From NCBI GenBank assembly GCA_964423705.1, contig CAYRGA010000001.1, forward strand, positions 15,788 to 59,492: 43,705 nt of DNA. Direction: 5' to 3'. The DNA is from an uncultured Oscillospiraceae bacterium. GTDB lineage: Bacteria; Bacillota; Clostridia; UMGS1810. The translations under genes and the position numbers were made by a program. Position 1 is the first letter of the stretch; every line of letters starts with the position of its first letter. The notes beneath the pieces were generated by a model. It had not been told where the DNA came from. It ran no database searches and saw nothing but the letters and a program-made list of their open reading frames with translations. This document shows, piece after piece, positions 33,268 to 41,630 of this stretch.

Positions 33268-36200
33268 TCACACCTTGTTAATTATAACGACAAATCTCAT
33301 ACCGTAGCCGTAGTTTTCTATGAGTAAAATTTTCGACGCTTCTTCGTTTGAATAGTCATACGCATTTTTTATATCGCCGTAGGTTCCGGTGTTAAACCAA
33401 GCATAATCGGTATCGGTGTCAACCTCGACCGTCACCGCTCCGCCCCACTTTCTCCATTCACTCACCCACCATGAGGCGCGTTGATATTCTCTTTTCGCCC
33501 CGTCTGTTATATTGCCGCGCTGTAGAACCAGGGTCTTTGTGTCCGCACCGAAATCATATGCCTCGTACAAGGTAGTATATAAATAGAAATCCGTTTCGGG
33601 TGCTTTATTCTTTGACTTTATCATAAGCGGTGCATCCGCAATGTCCGACTTCGCTATATCGATAACATTTCCCATGCACTCTGTTTCATATATTTCGTTA
33701 TTTCTGCCGCTGGCAAATATCACATCTCCTACCCTGACATTTGCCAAAACACTCTCCTCATCCGCCGGGTATTCCACATATCCGCCGGCACCGGCATATC
33801 CCGAAATCCATTTCTGCGTTTCGCTTTCGGCGTTTTGCTTGTAAAAAATCCTGTCAACCACGACTATAGGCTTTGGCAGATAGGAATTTTGCATTTTGGC
33901 ATACACCACTGCAGCACCGGGTGTCATGGTATCACTCACGTCGTACAGCTCTGTGGGAAACATGTCCGTGCTCTCCGACGGCCAGCCGTCATTTGCCGAA
34001 AACAGCTTATCATTATCCAACGTTTCCGTTTCGGGCACACAGAAAAATACCTCAGGCTCTCCCACATAATGTGTCATTTCAAGACGAATATTTTTCTGCT
34101 CACCGTTTTCCAGATAATCGGCATACTCGTATTCGACAAATGCATTTCCCCAGCCGGTCTGGTAAACCATGTTTTTCCGCTCATTTTCACGGTTCAAATG
34201 GCTGTCTTCATAGCCGTCAGCCACTCCCAGCGAATCCGTCACCGTTTCAAGCTCCGTGAGTAAGCCGCTTGGATTTACAGCGTATTTTATCATCTGCGAA
34301 ACGGTAAACTCAGCGTTTAATAGCTTCGCTGAATTATGAATATCTCTAAGAACATTGTCCGGATTATCGGTAGAAACACCGTTCATACGTATTCTTTTGG
34401 CACCGTCAAGGTGAATTATTTCGTCCTTTTCCGTTAGAATTTTAAATGTAAGCTTCGGTGATAAATCACCGTTTAATTTGGCATCTATCAGATATCCGTA
34501 TCTCAGAGTGTCATCGGATTTATCAAAGATACATGCCGCTATCTTCCCCATATAATCAAGGTAAAGCTTAACTACGGCACCGCACTCAAGCTTTTTATCC
34601 GCCTTTGAAAGGAAATTGTCCTCTGCTGCCTCATACTTCTCGGCGATAACCTTATCACCTTCGATTCTTGAAAGTCGTATCAAATCAATACTGCCCGATG
34701 ACTTGTACTTCACTGCATCTATCGTACCCTCGACACAGGCATTGTTTACCACAACGCGTATGTACCTCGCCTCCTTCGATGCGACCCTTCTGCCGTCTTT
34801 TTGCTCCGTTTTGTCTGCGAAGATACTCAAAAGCGAATTTGTCTGAACTGACGGCAGTGTCACACGAGTCTGCTTCACACCGTCACCGTCATAGTAATAT
34901 GAAGTTTCAATGCTTGCATCCATCCTTTTAGCACCGTCAAACATGTCTATAACCACATTTTCAATATCGTATTCCAGTGTCGGGACTCCGTGTTTAAGTG
35001 CCAACTTCAATACCGTACCATCGGCAGATATTCCCTCCGCCACCGCGTTATAATACTCCCACACAAGCATCGTGTCGTATTTCCCGCCGCTGTTTGCGAC
35101 CAAGGTAACGCTTCCGTTTGACGGCAGAACCTCGGAAGGCAGGCACTCCTTCACGGATTTTCCGTTTTTAATAAGCTCAAAATCGGCAGTCACTGCAGCT
35201 GTTCGTTTTTTGTTTTTTTCAAAATATGTGATGACATTATCGTCGTACGATATTATATCCTCGGAGCCGACGGTCAATTCCTTGACATCGGCTGCCTTTA
35301 GCATGTATACAAGCTCCGACCTTGTGCGGTGCGGCATTTCCTTATAGTAAAATTCCGTGCTGTAGCCGAAAAAGTCAAGCATCGATACATCGGTATAAGT
35401 ATATATCGTATCTTCTATCAAAAGCTCATTCTTTGACGTGGTGCGGAAATCTCTCAACGCTGTTGAAAAAGTCGCATTCACTCTGCCCTCGCCTATGTAT
35501 ATACCATGATACACTGAAAGAAGAGTTTTGTCATCACTTTTTTCATATGCCAATTCATAATTATCGTTTTCCCCTGTACGCTCTATGCCGACGGTATCAT
35601 TTACCGGCTGTTTAAGCGCATTGTACAAAAATTCCACTGCCTCGGCACGTGTAATCTTATCTGCCTTGTAGGTGATGCCGTAAAGCAAATCACTGCTTTT
35701 CGCCGTCTTAAGCACACCGTCTGTACCCTTTTCGTTTACCGCTTCGACAGTTTTTCGATATCCCATAACACACAGCATCGCATACAAAAGCTCCTCTGAA
35801 CTCACATCATCATCGGGTCTTATGGTATAATCATTAAACCTTGATATAAAGCCACTGTCGTATGCATATGCCAGCGGAGCATACCTCTCGTCCGTTTTCT
35901 CCACATCGTTAAACTCCGCATCCGAAGAATATCCGCTCACAGCGGTTATACGCTGCAGTGCAAGGCTCATGTCGTACCTTGTAAAGCTGTCCTTAGGTCT
36001 GAGCTTACCGTCCGTTACAGTCATAAAGCCAAGCTTCACCAAAAATTCCGCTCTTCTCGCCGAGTTAAGCTCCTCAACATCGTCAAAGGAAAGACTTACA
36101 GCCTCCGATGCGATATTATCCTTTTCAAACTGTGCCGAGCTGTCAAGACCGTAAATGTCATTATCCGTGGTGCCCTCAGGCTGAACAGCCGCTTCTTCCG

Positions 36201-36276
36201 CAAGCACCGCCGTATTGCACATCAAGGCAACTGACAAAAGCACACAGGCAATCGCCGAAAAATATCTTCTGCCCAA
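33268..36276 (-). CDS. 1002-aa secreted protein with N-terminal SLH repeats and about 750 aa of unassigned sequence
   Basis: TTG start with an upstream AAGGAG. Signal peptide ending AVLAEEAA. SLH-like repeats (FDDVEELNSARRAEFLVKLGF.., FNDVEKTDERYAPLAYAYDSGF.., ..ITRAEAVEFLYNAL). I recognise no motif in the remainder. Confidence 0.8.
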   Translation of the reverse strand: MGRRYFSAIACVLLSVALMCNTAVLAEEAAVQPEGTTDNDIYGLDSSAQFEKDNIASEAVSLSFDDVEELNSARRAEFLVKLGFMTVTDGKLRPKDSFTRYDMSLALQRITAVSGYSSDAEFNDVEKTDERYAPLAYAYDSGFISRFNDYTIRPDDDVSSEELLYAMLCVMGYRKTVEAVNEKGTDGVLKTAKSSDLLYGITYKADKITRAEAVEFLYNALKQPVNDTVGIERTGENDNYELAYEKSDDKTLLSVYHGIYIGEGRVNATFSTALRDFRTTSKNELLIEDTIYTYTDVSMLDFFGYSTEFYYKEMPHRTRSELVYMLKAADVKELTVGSEDIISYDDNVITYFEKNKKRTAAVTADFELIKNGKSVKECLPSEVLPSNGSVTLVANSGGKYDTMLVWEYYNAVAEGISADGTVLKLALKHGVPTLEYDIENVVIDMFDGAKRMDASIETSYYYDGDGVKQTRVTLPSVQTNSLLSIFADKTEQKDGRRVASKEARYIRVVVNNACVEGTIDAVKYKSSGSIDLIRLSRIEGDKVIAEKYEAAEDNFLSKADKKLECGAVVKLYLDYMGKIAACIFDKSDDTLRYGYLIDAKLNGDLSPKLTFKILTEKDEIIHLDGAKRIRMNGVSTDNPDNVLRDIHNSAKLLNAEFTVSQMIKYAVNPSGLLTELETVTDSLGVADGYEDSHLNRENERKNMVYQTGWGNAFVEYEYADYLENGEQKNIRLEMTHYVGEPEVFFCVPETETLDNDKLFSANDGWPSESTDMFPTELYDVSDTMTPGAAVVYAKMQNSYLPKPIVVVDRIFYKQNAESETQKWISGYAGAGGYVEYPADEESVLANVRVGDVIFASGRNNEIYETECMGNVIDIAKSDIADAPLMIKSKNKAPETDFYLYTTLYEAYDFGADTKTLVLQRGNITDGAKREYQRASWWVSEWRKWGGAVTVEVDTDTDYAWFNTGTYGDIKNAYDYSNEEASKILLIENYGYGMRFVVIINKV

Positions 36277-36305
36277 ATCAAATCACACTCCTTAAAAAGC
36301 TGTCA

Positions 36306-38612
36306 TTACACGCCCTTCTTATTCTTTAATCTATACAACAAAACCGCGGCTTCCGCTCTGGATATCTCCTTATCCTTCAGCACCGTTTTTTCTTCATAAA
36401 ACTTCGAAAACAAACCGTTGTGTATCAGTACCGCAAAGCACTCCCGCTCCCATTCGGTCAATTCACCTTCAAAATCCACATTGTTCAAAAGCTCCGATGA
36501 ACTATCCACATCATATTCGGAGGTATCACTCCTCAAGGCACGGCTTACCGCTGCGGCAGCCTCTCCCAGGGTTATACCGTCATTAGGTGAAAAGCTTCCG
36601 TTTCCGTCACCACGCATATATCCGCTTGCCGCGACAGCATTTACGCTTTTTTCATACCAGCTGTCATGCTCTACATCCGAAAAAGCCATTTCTCCCGAAA
36701 AATCCTCAAGCTTTAATGCTCTGCTCATTATCACGGCAAATTCCGCTCTGGTAATTCTGTCCTTCGGACAGAACAGATTATCAGATTTACCGCTAAGTAT
36801 ACCTTCTGCCGCAAGAAGATTAATTTCATTTTTTGCCCAGTGATTTTCCACATCATCGAACTGCCTCTCACCGTCATATACGGCATCTCCGCTGTCCGCT
36901 CCGCTTTCTCCGTCAAGCGACGCTATTGCCCTGTTACTTTTCAGAGTAAGGACGACCATTGATTTCGGCGGCATTCTGTACTCTGTAAATCCCGGTTCAT
37001 TCTTTTCGGTTTTCGTCTTTGTGAAAATCTCCTGCGTATCGGCAGAATACGGAAAAGAATATATATTCGGAGCCGTTAGAGTTTCCTCTCCTATAAGTGT
37101 GTACGAATTTCCGCTGTCAAAGCTGAATTTCAAAGCTATATCGGTATTCGGAGCTCGGTTCGCCATTATAAGCTTAAGCTCATTTGTCCCATTGCCCATC
37201 GCACATACAGAATAAAGCTGACGCGTAGAATTTATATCACCTATTTCGCTGTCATCCAGGGTCACCACATCCGAGCGGAATACTCGGTCACCCAGGTTAT
37301 CCAGATAAATGTTGTACATGTAGTCGGGACCCGAACGAACCAGCGTATCATCACGCGGGCTGCGTCTGAAGCTGTTCCACAGATTGTGACTGTGCCAGCA
37401 GAAATAATGAGCCGCATATGAAGTGAAATAATCCCACTGATACATCCTGTTTAAGAACTGACACGTGGCAAGTCCCGATTCAAGGGTGGTAGGTGCAATC
37501 CAGTCGGATGCCCACTTGGAATGTTCGGAAAAGAGTCCGCGTATTCCGTGTCCCTCACCGAGTATCTCATTTAAGCTGTCGATGCACACCTGTATGCGGT
37601 TCTGCGTGTACGCCATTTCGTAGCCGCTGTAATAGTGATGCAGTGATACGAAACGGTTGTTTTCATCGTATTTTTCCATTATGTACGGACCAAGCTCTTT
37701 AATCATCGGCACGTTCCAAACCTCGTGAGCCTCACCGTCCATACACATAAGGCATATCGAACAGCCTACCTCGGGGTGATATTGCGCTATGGCATCGGCA
37801 TGAGCCTTAAACATACGAGCATAAAACTCAACCTGTCTTTTGTCCTCCTCTTCGCCGTATGAATTTCGGATATACACCTCGTTTCCTATTTCTATGGAAT
37901 GAAGCTTTACAGGCTCCGGGTGTCCGTATTCGGCTCGCATCTGTCCCCATACGGATTCACTCGGGTCGTCCATAAGGAACCGCACGAAATTGGCGTTATC
38001 CTCCGGTGTGGCATACACAAAGGACATTATAAGCGTAAAACGAACATCGGGATTCATGGCTTCTGCCGCCTTTATCATTTCCAGCGGTCCCGTTTTGGCA
38101 AGCGTTTCTCCGTTAAGAGTTCTGTGCCGCGGCTCGACCGCCATGTATATTTCCTGATCCTCCTCTGACAGCACGCACTTGCCGACACTTCTCTTTTCCT
38201 GAGGGCCTACCATTTCCAGCATGTTTGCATTGTTTCCGTAACCAAGTCGCATCAACGGATATGAGGCCATGGATGATGCAAATTCCAAGTACTCCTCGGA
38301 AAGCTCATCTCCGACCGAACCGTTGAAAAGCACATCATCAAACGGAAATACCACACCGCTGCAGTTAGAGAGCATGTACGGTGAGGCCTCCCACAACGGC
38401 TCAGAATCGTGTACAGTAATGTCACATGCCGCCGTACTTTCGATGATACCGGTTTGGTCATCGTATATAAATTCATCTATTTTGCCGTAATCCTTGTCCT
38501 TAAACCAATCCATCAATTCGGGAAATTCATTTACACCGGCAAATGCTGTCGTCACCGAAAGGCTCAGAAGCAATACCGTCACAATCGCAATTGAGCAAAA
38601 GCCTTTTTTCAT
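36306..38612 (-). CDS. SLH-anchored secreted putative glycoside hydrolase (clan GH-A-like, distant GH51-type pattern)
   Basis: Signal peptide (..VTTAFA). IEIGNEVY (candidate acid/base) and LFSEHSKWA (candidate nucleophile). Three C-terminal SLH repeats (FDDVENHWAKNE.., FSDVEHDSWYEK.., ..ISRAEAAVLLYRL). ATGA overlap with the upstream gene. Confidence 0.75.
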   Translation of the reverse strand: MKKGFCSIAIVTVLLLSLSVTTAFAGVNEFPELMDWFKDKDYGKIDEFIYDDQTGIIESTAACDITVHDSEPLWEASPYMLSNCSGVVFPFDDVLFNGSVGDELSEEYLEFASSMASYPLMRLGYGNNANMLEMVGPQEKRSVGKCVLSEEDQEIYMAVEPRHRTLNGETLAKTGPLEMIKAAEAMNPDVRFTLIMSFVYATPEDNANFVRFLMDDPSESVWGQMRAEYGHPEPVKLHSIEIGNEVYIRNSYGEEEDKRQVEFYARMFKAHADAIAQYHPEVGCSICLMCMDGEAHEVWNVPMIKELGPYIMEKYDENNRFVSLHHYYSGYEMAYTQNRIQVCIDSLNEILGEGHGIRGLFSEHSKWASDWIAPTTLESGLATCQFLNRMYQWDYFTSYAAHYFCWHSHNLWNSFRRSPRDDTLVRSGPDYMYNIYLDNLGDRVFRSDVVTLDDSEIGDINSTRQLYSVCAMGNGTNELKLIMANRAPNTDIALKFSFDSGNSYTLIGEETLTAPNIYSFPYSADTQEIFTKTKTEKNEPGFTEYRMPPKSMVVLTLKSNRAIASLDGESGADSGDAVYDGERQFDDVENHWAKNEINLLAAEGILSGKSDNLFCPKDRITRAEFAVIMSRALKLEDFSGEMAFSDVEHDSWYEKSVNAVAASGYMRGDGNGSFSPNDGITLGEAAAAVSRALRSDTSEYDVDSSSELLNNVDFEGELTEWERECFAVLIHNGLFSKFYEEKTVLKDKEISRAEAAVLLYRLKNKKGV

Positions 38613-41602
38613 ATCATCTGCCTCCCGTCAATGAGCATTTCATAAATCATCTTCACAGCTTCCTCACGTGTGATTTCGTCATGAGGTCTAAAGGTCGAAT
38701 CCGAATAACCGGATATTATTCCCGCCTGCATAAGCTTAATAACAGGCGTGTATGCCCAGTCATCTATGGCTGAAATATCAGCTATGTCCAGCCTTCTTCC
38801 GCTTCCCGTTTCACGTCCGAGAGCACAAAAGGCTCTGTAGAGCATCACTGCGGCTTCCTGACGAGTAATCTTATCATTCGGCTTAAAGCTTCCGTCCGAG
38901 TAACCCGATACTATTTTTTGTGAATACCCACCGATCACATAACCGTAAAACCAATCGTCCATTTTGATGTCCGTAAATTCCGGCAGCTCGGCATTCTCCG
39001 ATGCGTCTGCTTTTCCATCATCTGTCACAAATCCGAATGCAGAGGAAATAAGCTTCACAAATTCAGCTCTTGTCACCGAATTTTCGGGGCAGAAGCTTCC
39101 GTTTTCATAACCGTTCACCACACTTTTGGCGACTAAATATGCGATAGCCTCGTGTGACCATCTGTCGTTCGACACATCCGAAAACAATACGTTCTTATCG
39201 TCCACACGATTTAAAGGATTAACATTTATAATGCCCGTCGATACGGATGAGGATTTTCTTGAGCTTGAACCACCGCCCGACGAAGAATCCTCTTCCACCT
39301 TTTCGTAATTATCTATATATTTTCTAAGCTCCCCTTTATTTACGAAACCACCCTTGGCATCCGCAATAGCCATATGCATAGACGAGCAGCGGTTTTCGGC
39401 ATAGTGCTGCTCGTTATAGCCTATTTCAGCCTTCAAATCCTCTATAACCACGGCAAGTGACGAATAGTTCACTGCATTTTTAACCGATGCCATAACAAGT
39501 GCATTTTTAAAGTCCTCAACCGACTGCGAAAGCTTTACGGCAGTATAGCTTTTAAAATACTCCAGCACATCGTCCTTATTGTTCTTATAGTAGGTGTTTT
39601 CGATATCAAATCCGAAATAACCGTTATAAGTATTTATCACCTCTTCGATTTTCACGGTATCTGTGAGGTGGTTCAACCTTCCGAGGGCAAACTCCTTTGC
39701 CAGTAAATCACCGAAATCAACCACATCGTCAATGTTGTCAAAAGTCGGAGCATCATAGTTTAAAAGCCTGTCTGCAAGCTCGGAAATCATTTCCGGTTCG
39801 GCAGCTTCAAGCTCCGTGGTGTCAATATCCCTTATATCTGAAAGACGAATCGCACCTGCACCGGTTATAATCGATATAAGTGCCTCCTTGTCATCAGTGG
39901 AAATCGCCGCGCTTACGGCATCTGTTATCGGTTTTTTCGCTTCCAGGTACTCCTGCTCTTTGCCCTGCTCTATCGCCGCAGAGATCTCACCCGCAACCGT
40001 CACGCTGACATCAAACACCGTACCGCCAAGCGATGCCGATATCACCGCATCACCGCTCTTGCAGCCGGTAATCACTCCGTTGTATACCTTTGCGACCGTC
40101 ACATCGGAGCTTGACCACGAAAATTCGCTCAAATCATCCGTACCGTTTATACGAGGATATATCAGTACCTTAGGCTCACGAAGTCCTACGGTAACCGCAT
40201 AGCCTTCATCCGCCTCAGTAAGTACTTCAAAGCTGTCACAGCCATTTACCTTAACCTCGGTGTATGGGCTGTCGCTTTCGTAGTTTACCCATATGCCCGA
40301 TGAATCAAATTCAGCGTTAAAAACCTCATCGAAACCGTTTTCGTCGGTTAGTGTTACCTCGGCTGCAGTGTCTGCAAGCGAAGGGCATATCACCCGTCCC
40401 ACTGCAGACGAAATGTCCGCCTTTCCGTATTTGGGAAAAATACTTTTATACAAAACAGTATCGGGCTCATAGGTTTTCTTCCACACTCCCTGCAATACGA
40501 CACTCTTTTCAACACTGTAGGACTCACCCGGCAGGTACATGCTCACTCCGTCAAACCAGCCGATAAAATCATAGCCATCCCTTTCGGGTTCTGCAAGGAT
40601 AATCGAATCTTCTTCAACCTCACATATTTCCATGTGTTCATTGCTCTCGCTGAAAACTACGATGTTTTTATCCGTCAATACCACGTTTTCCTCGGCGATT
40701 TCAAAATTCCCGTTTACCAAATAATCCTTAACCGCTTCGCTGCGCACGTACCATTTCGTGGGGGTGGATGCATTTTTCCCGGTTTGAATTTTGGCTTCCG
40801 TATCGAATACAAAATCATCACTTAAAATGTACACCTCGCGCAGCAGGTTCATGGTATTGCCCGTAAACTGGCTGACCTCGGATTTTTTCAGGGTACTCGG
40901 GAAAACAAGCGTTTCCATAAAATTAGCTCCGTAAATATTTCCGGCACTGCTTTTAACACCCTCATTTACAACCACGCGGGCACTGCGCATACTGTCCTGT
41001 ATCTGCATACAGCTCTCGAAAGATTTTATACTTGAAGCATCCGTTATATTCAGCACTCCTGAAAGCTTTTTTATATACGAAAAGGCTCTCTGCCCTATCT
41101 TACTAAGCTTAATAGGCAATACTCCCACAGAGGTTAGATTCTCGCAATAGCAAAATGCCGCCGTGCCTATAGACTCGACACTGTCGGGAATTTCGATTTC
41201 GCTTAAGCCGCGGCATGCGTAAAAAGAACCGTTACCTATCCTTTTCAAAGTGTTCGGCAGCGATAAGCTCTTCATGCTGTCGTTGTACACGACACTACCG
41301 CTTGAATCACGGTAACCTCCGAAGGGACTTTTGGTGCAATTTCTGTCGTTTACACCTTCACCGTCAGCTATATCCGTCACAAAATACGACTTTCCCTCCA
41401 GTGAAACCTTCCGCGGAATCACCAGGTTATATTCTCCGTCAGGCTCTGTTTGAAAGCCTGTAACAGTGACGGTTTTACCGTCACTGTTCACCGTATATGC
41501 CAGACTGTACCCTCCATCCGATGCCATAACGGGTATCTCATGCACATTGAAAAGCATAAGCACAAGTGCCGCCGAAATTATTTTTTCAAACAAACCTTTC
41601 AT
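38609..41602 (-). CDS. SLH-anchored surface protein with BspA-type leucine-rich repeats, a Listeria-Bacteroides (Flg_new) repeat and a Big_2-like domain
   Basis: ATG at 41602 (MKGLFEKIISAALVLMLF..), after GGGGA. LRR units (LPNTLKRIGNGSFYACRGLSEIEIPDSVESIGTAAFCYCENL). GYDFIGWFDG. SWSSSDVTVAKV..GDAVISA. SSSGGGSSS linker. Three SLH repeats. Confidence 0.85.
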   Translation of the reverse strand: MKGLFEKIISAALVLMLFNVHEIPVMASDGGYSLAYTVNSDGKTVTVTGFQTEPDGEYNLVIPRKVSLEGKSYFVTDIADGEGVNDRNCTKSPFGGYRDSSGSVVYNDSMKSLSLPNTLKRIGNGSFYACRGLSEIEIPDSVESIGTAAFCYCENLTSVGVLPIKLSKIGQRAFSYIKKLSGVLNITDASSIKSFESCMQIQDSMRSARVVVNEGVKSSAGNIYGANFMETLVFPSTLKKSEVSQFTGNTMNLLREVYILSDDFVFDTEAKIQTGKNASTPTKWYVRSEAVKDYLVNGNFEIAEENVVLTDKNIVVFSESNEHMEICEVEEDSIILAEPERDGYDFIGWFDGVSMYLPGESYSVEKSVVLQGVWKKTYEPDTVLYKSIFPKYGKADISSAVGRVICPSLADTAAEVTLTDENGFDEVFNAEFDSSGIWVNYESDSPYTEVKVNGCDSFEVLTEADEGYAVTVGLREPKVLIYPRINGTDDLSEFSWSSSDVTVAKVYNGVITGCKSGDAVISASLGGTVFDVSVTVAGEISAAIEQGKEQEYLEAKKPITDAVSAAISTDDKEALISIITGAGAIRLSDIRDIDTTELEAAEPEMISELADRLLNYDAPTFDNIDDVVDFGDLLAKEFALGRLNHLTDTVKIEEVINTYNGYFGFDIENTYYKNNKDDVLEYFKSYTAVKLSQSVEDFKNALVMASVKNAVNYSSLAVVIEDLKAEIGYNEQHYAENRCSSMHMAIADAKGGFVNKGELRKYIDNYEKVEEDSSSGGGSSSRKSSSVSTGIINVNPLNRVDDKNVLFSDVSNDRWSHEAIAYLVAKSVVNGYENGSFCPENSVTRAEFVKLISSAFGFVTDDGKADASENAELPEFTDIKMDDWFYGYVIGGYSQKIVSGYSDGSFKPNDKITRQEAAVMLYRAFCALGRETGSGRRLDIADISAIDDWAYTPVIKLMQAGIISGYSDSTFRPHDEITREEAVKMIYEMLIDGRQMI

Positions 41603-41630
41603 ATTCTTCCCCTTTTCATTAAAAGCTTTA

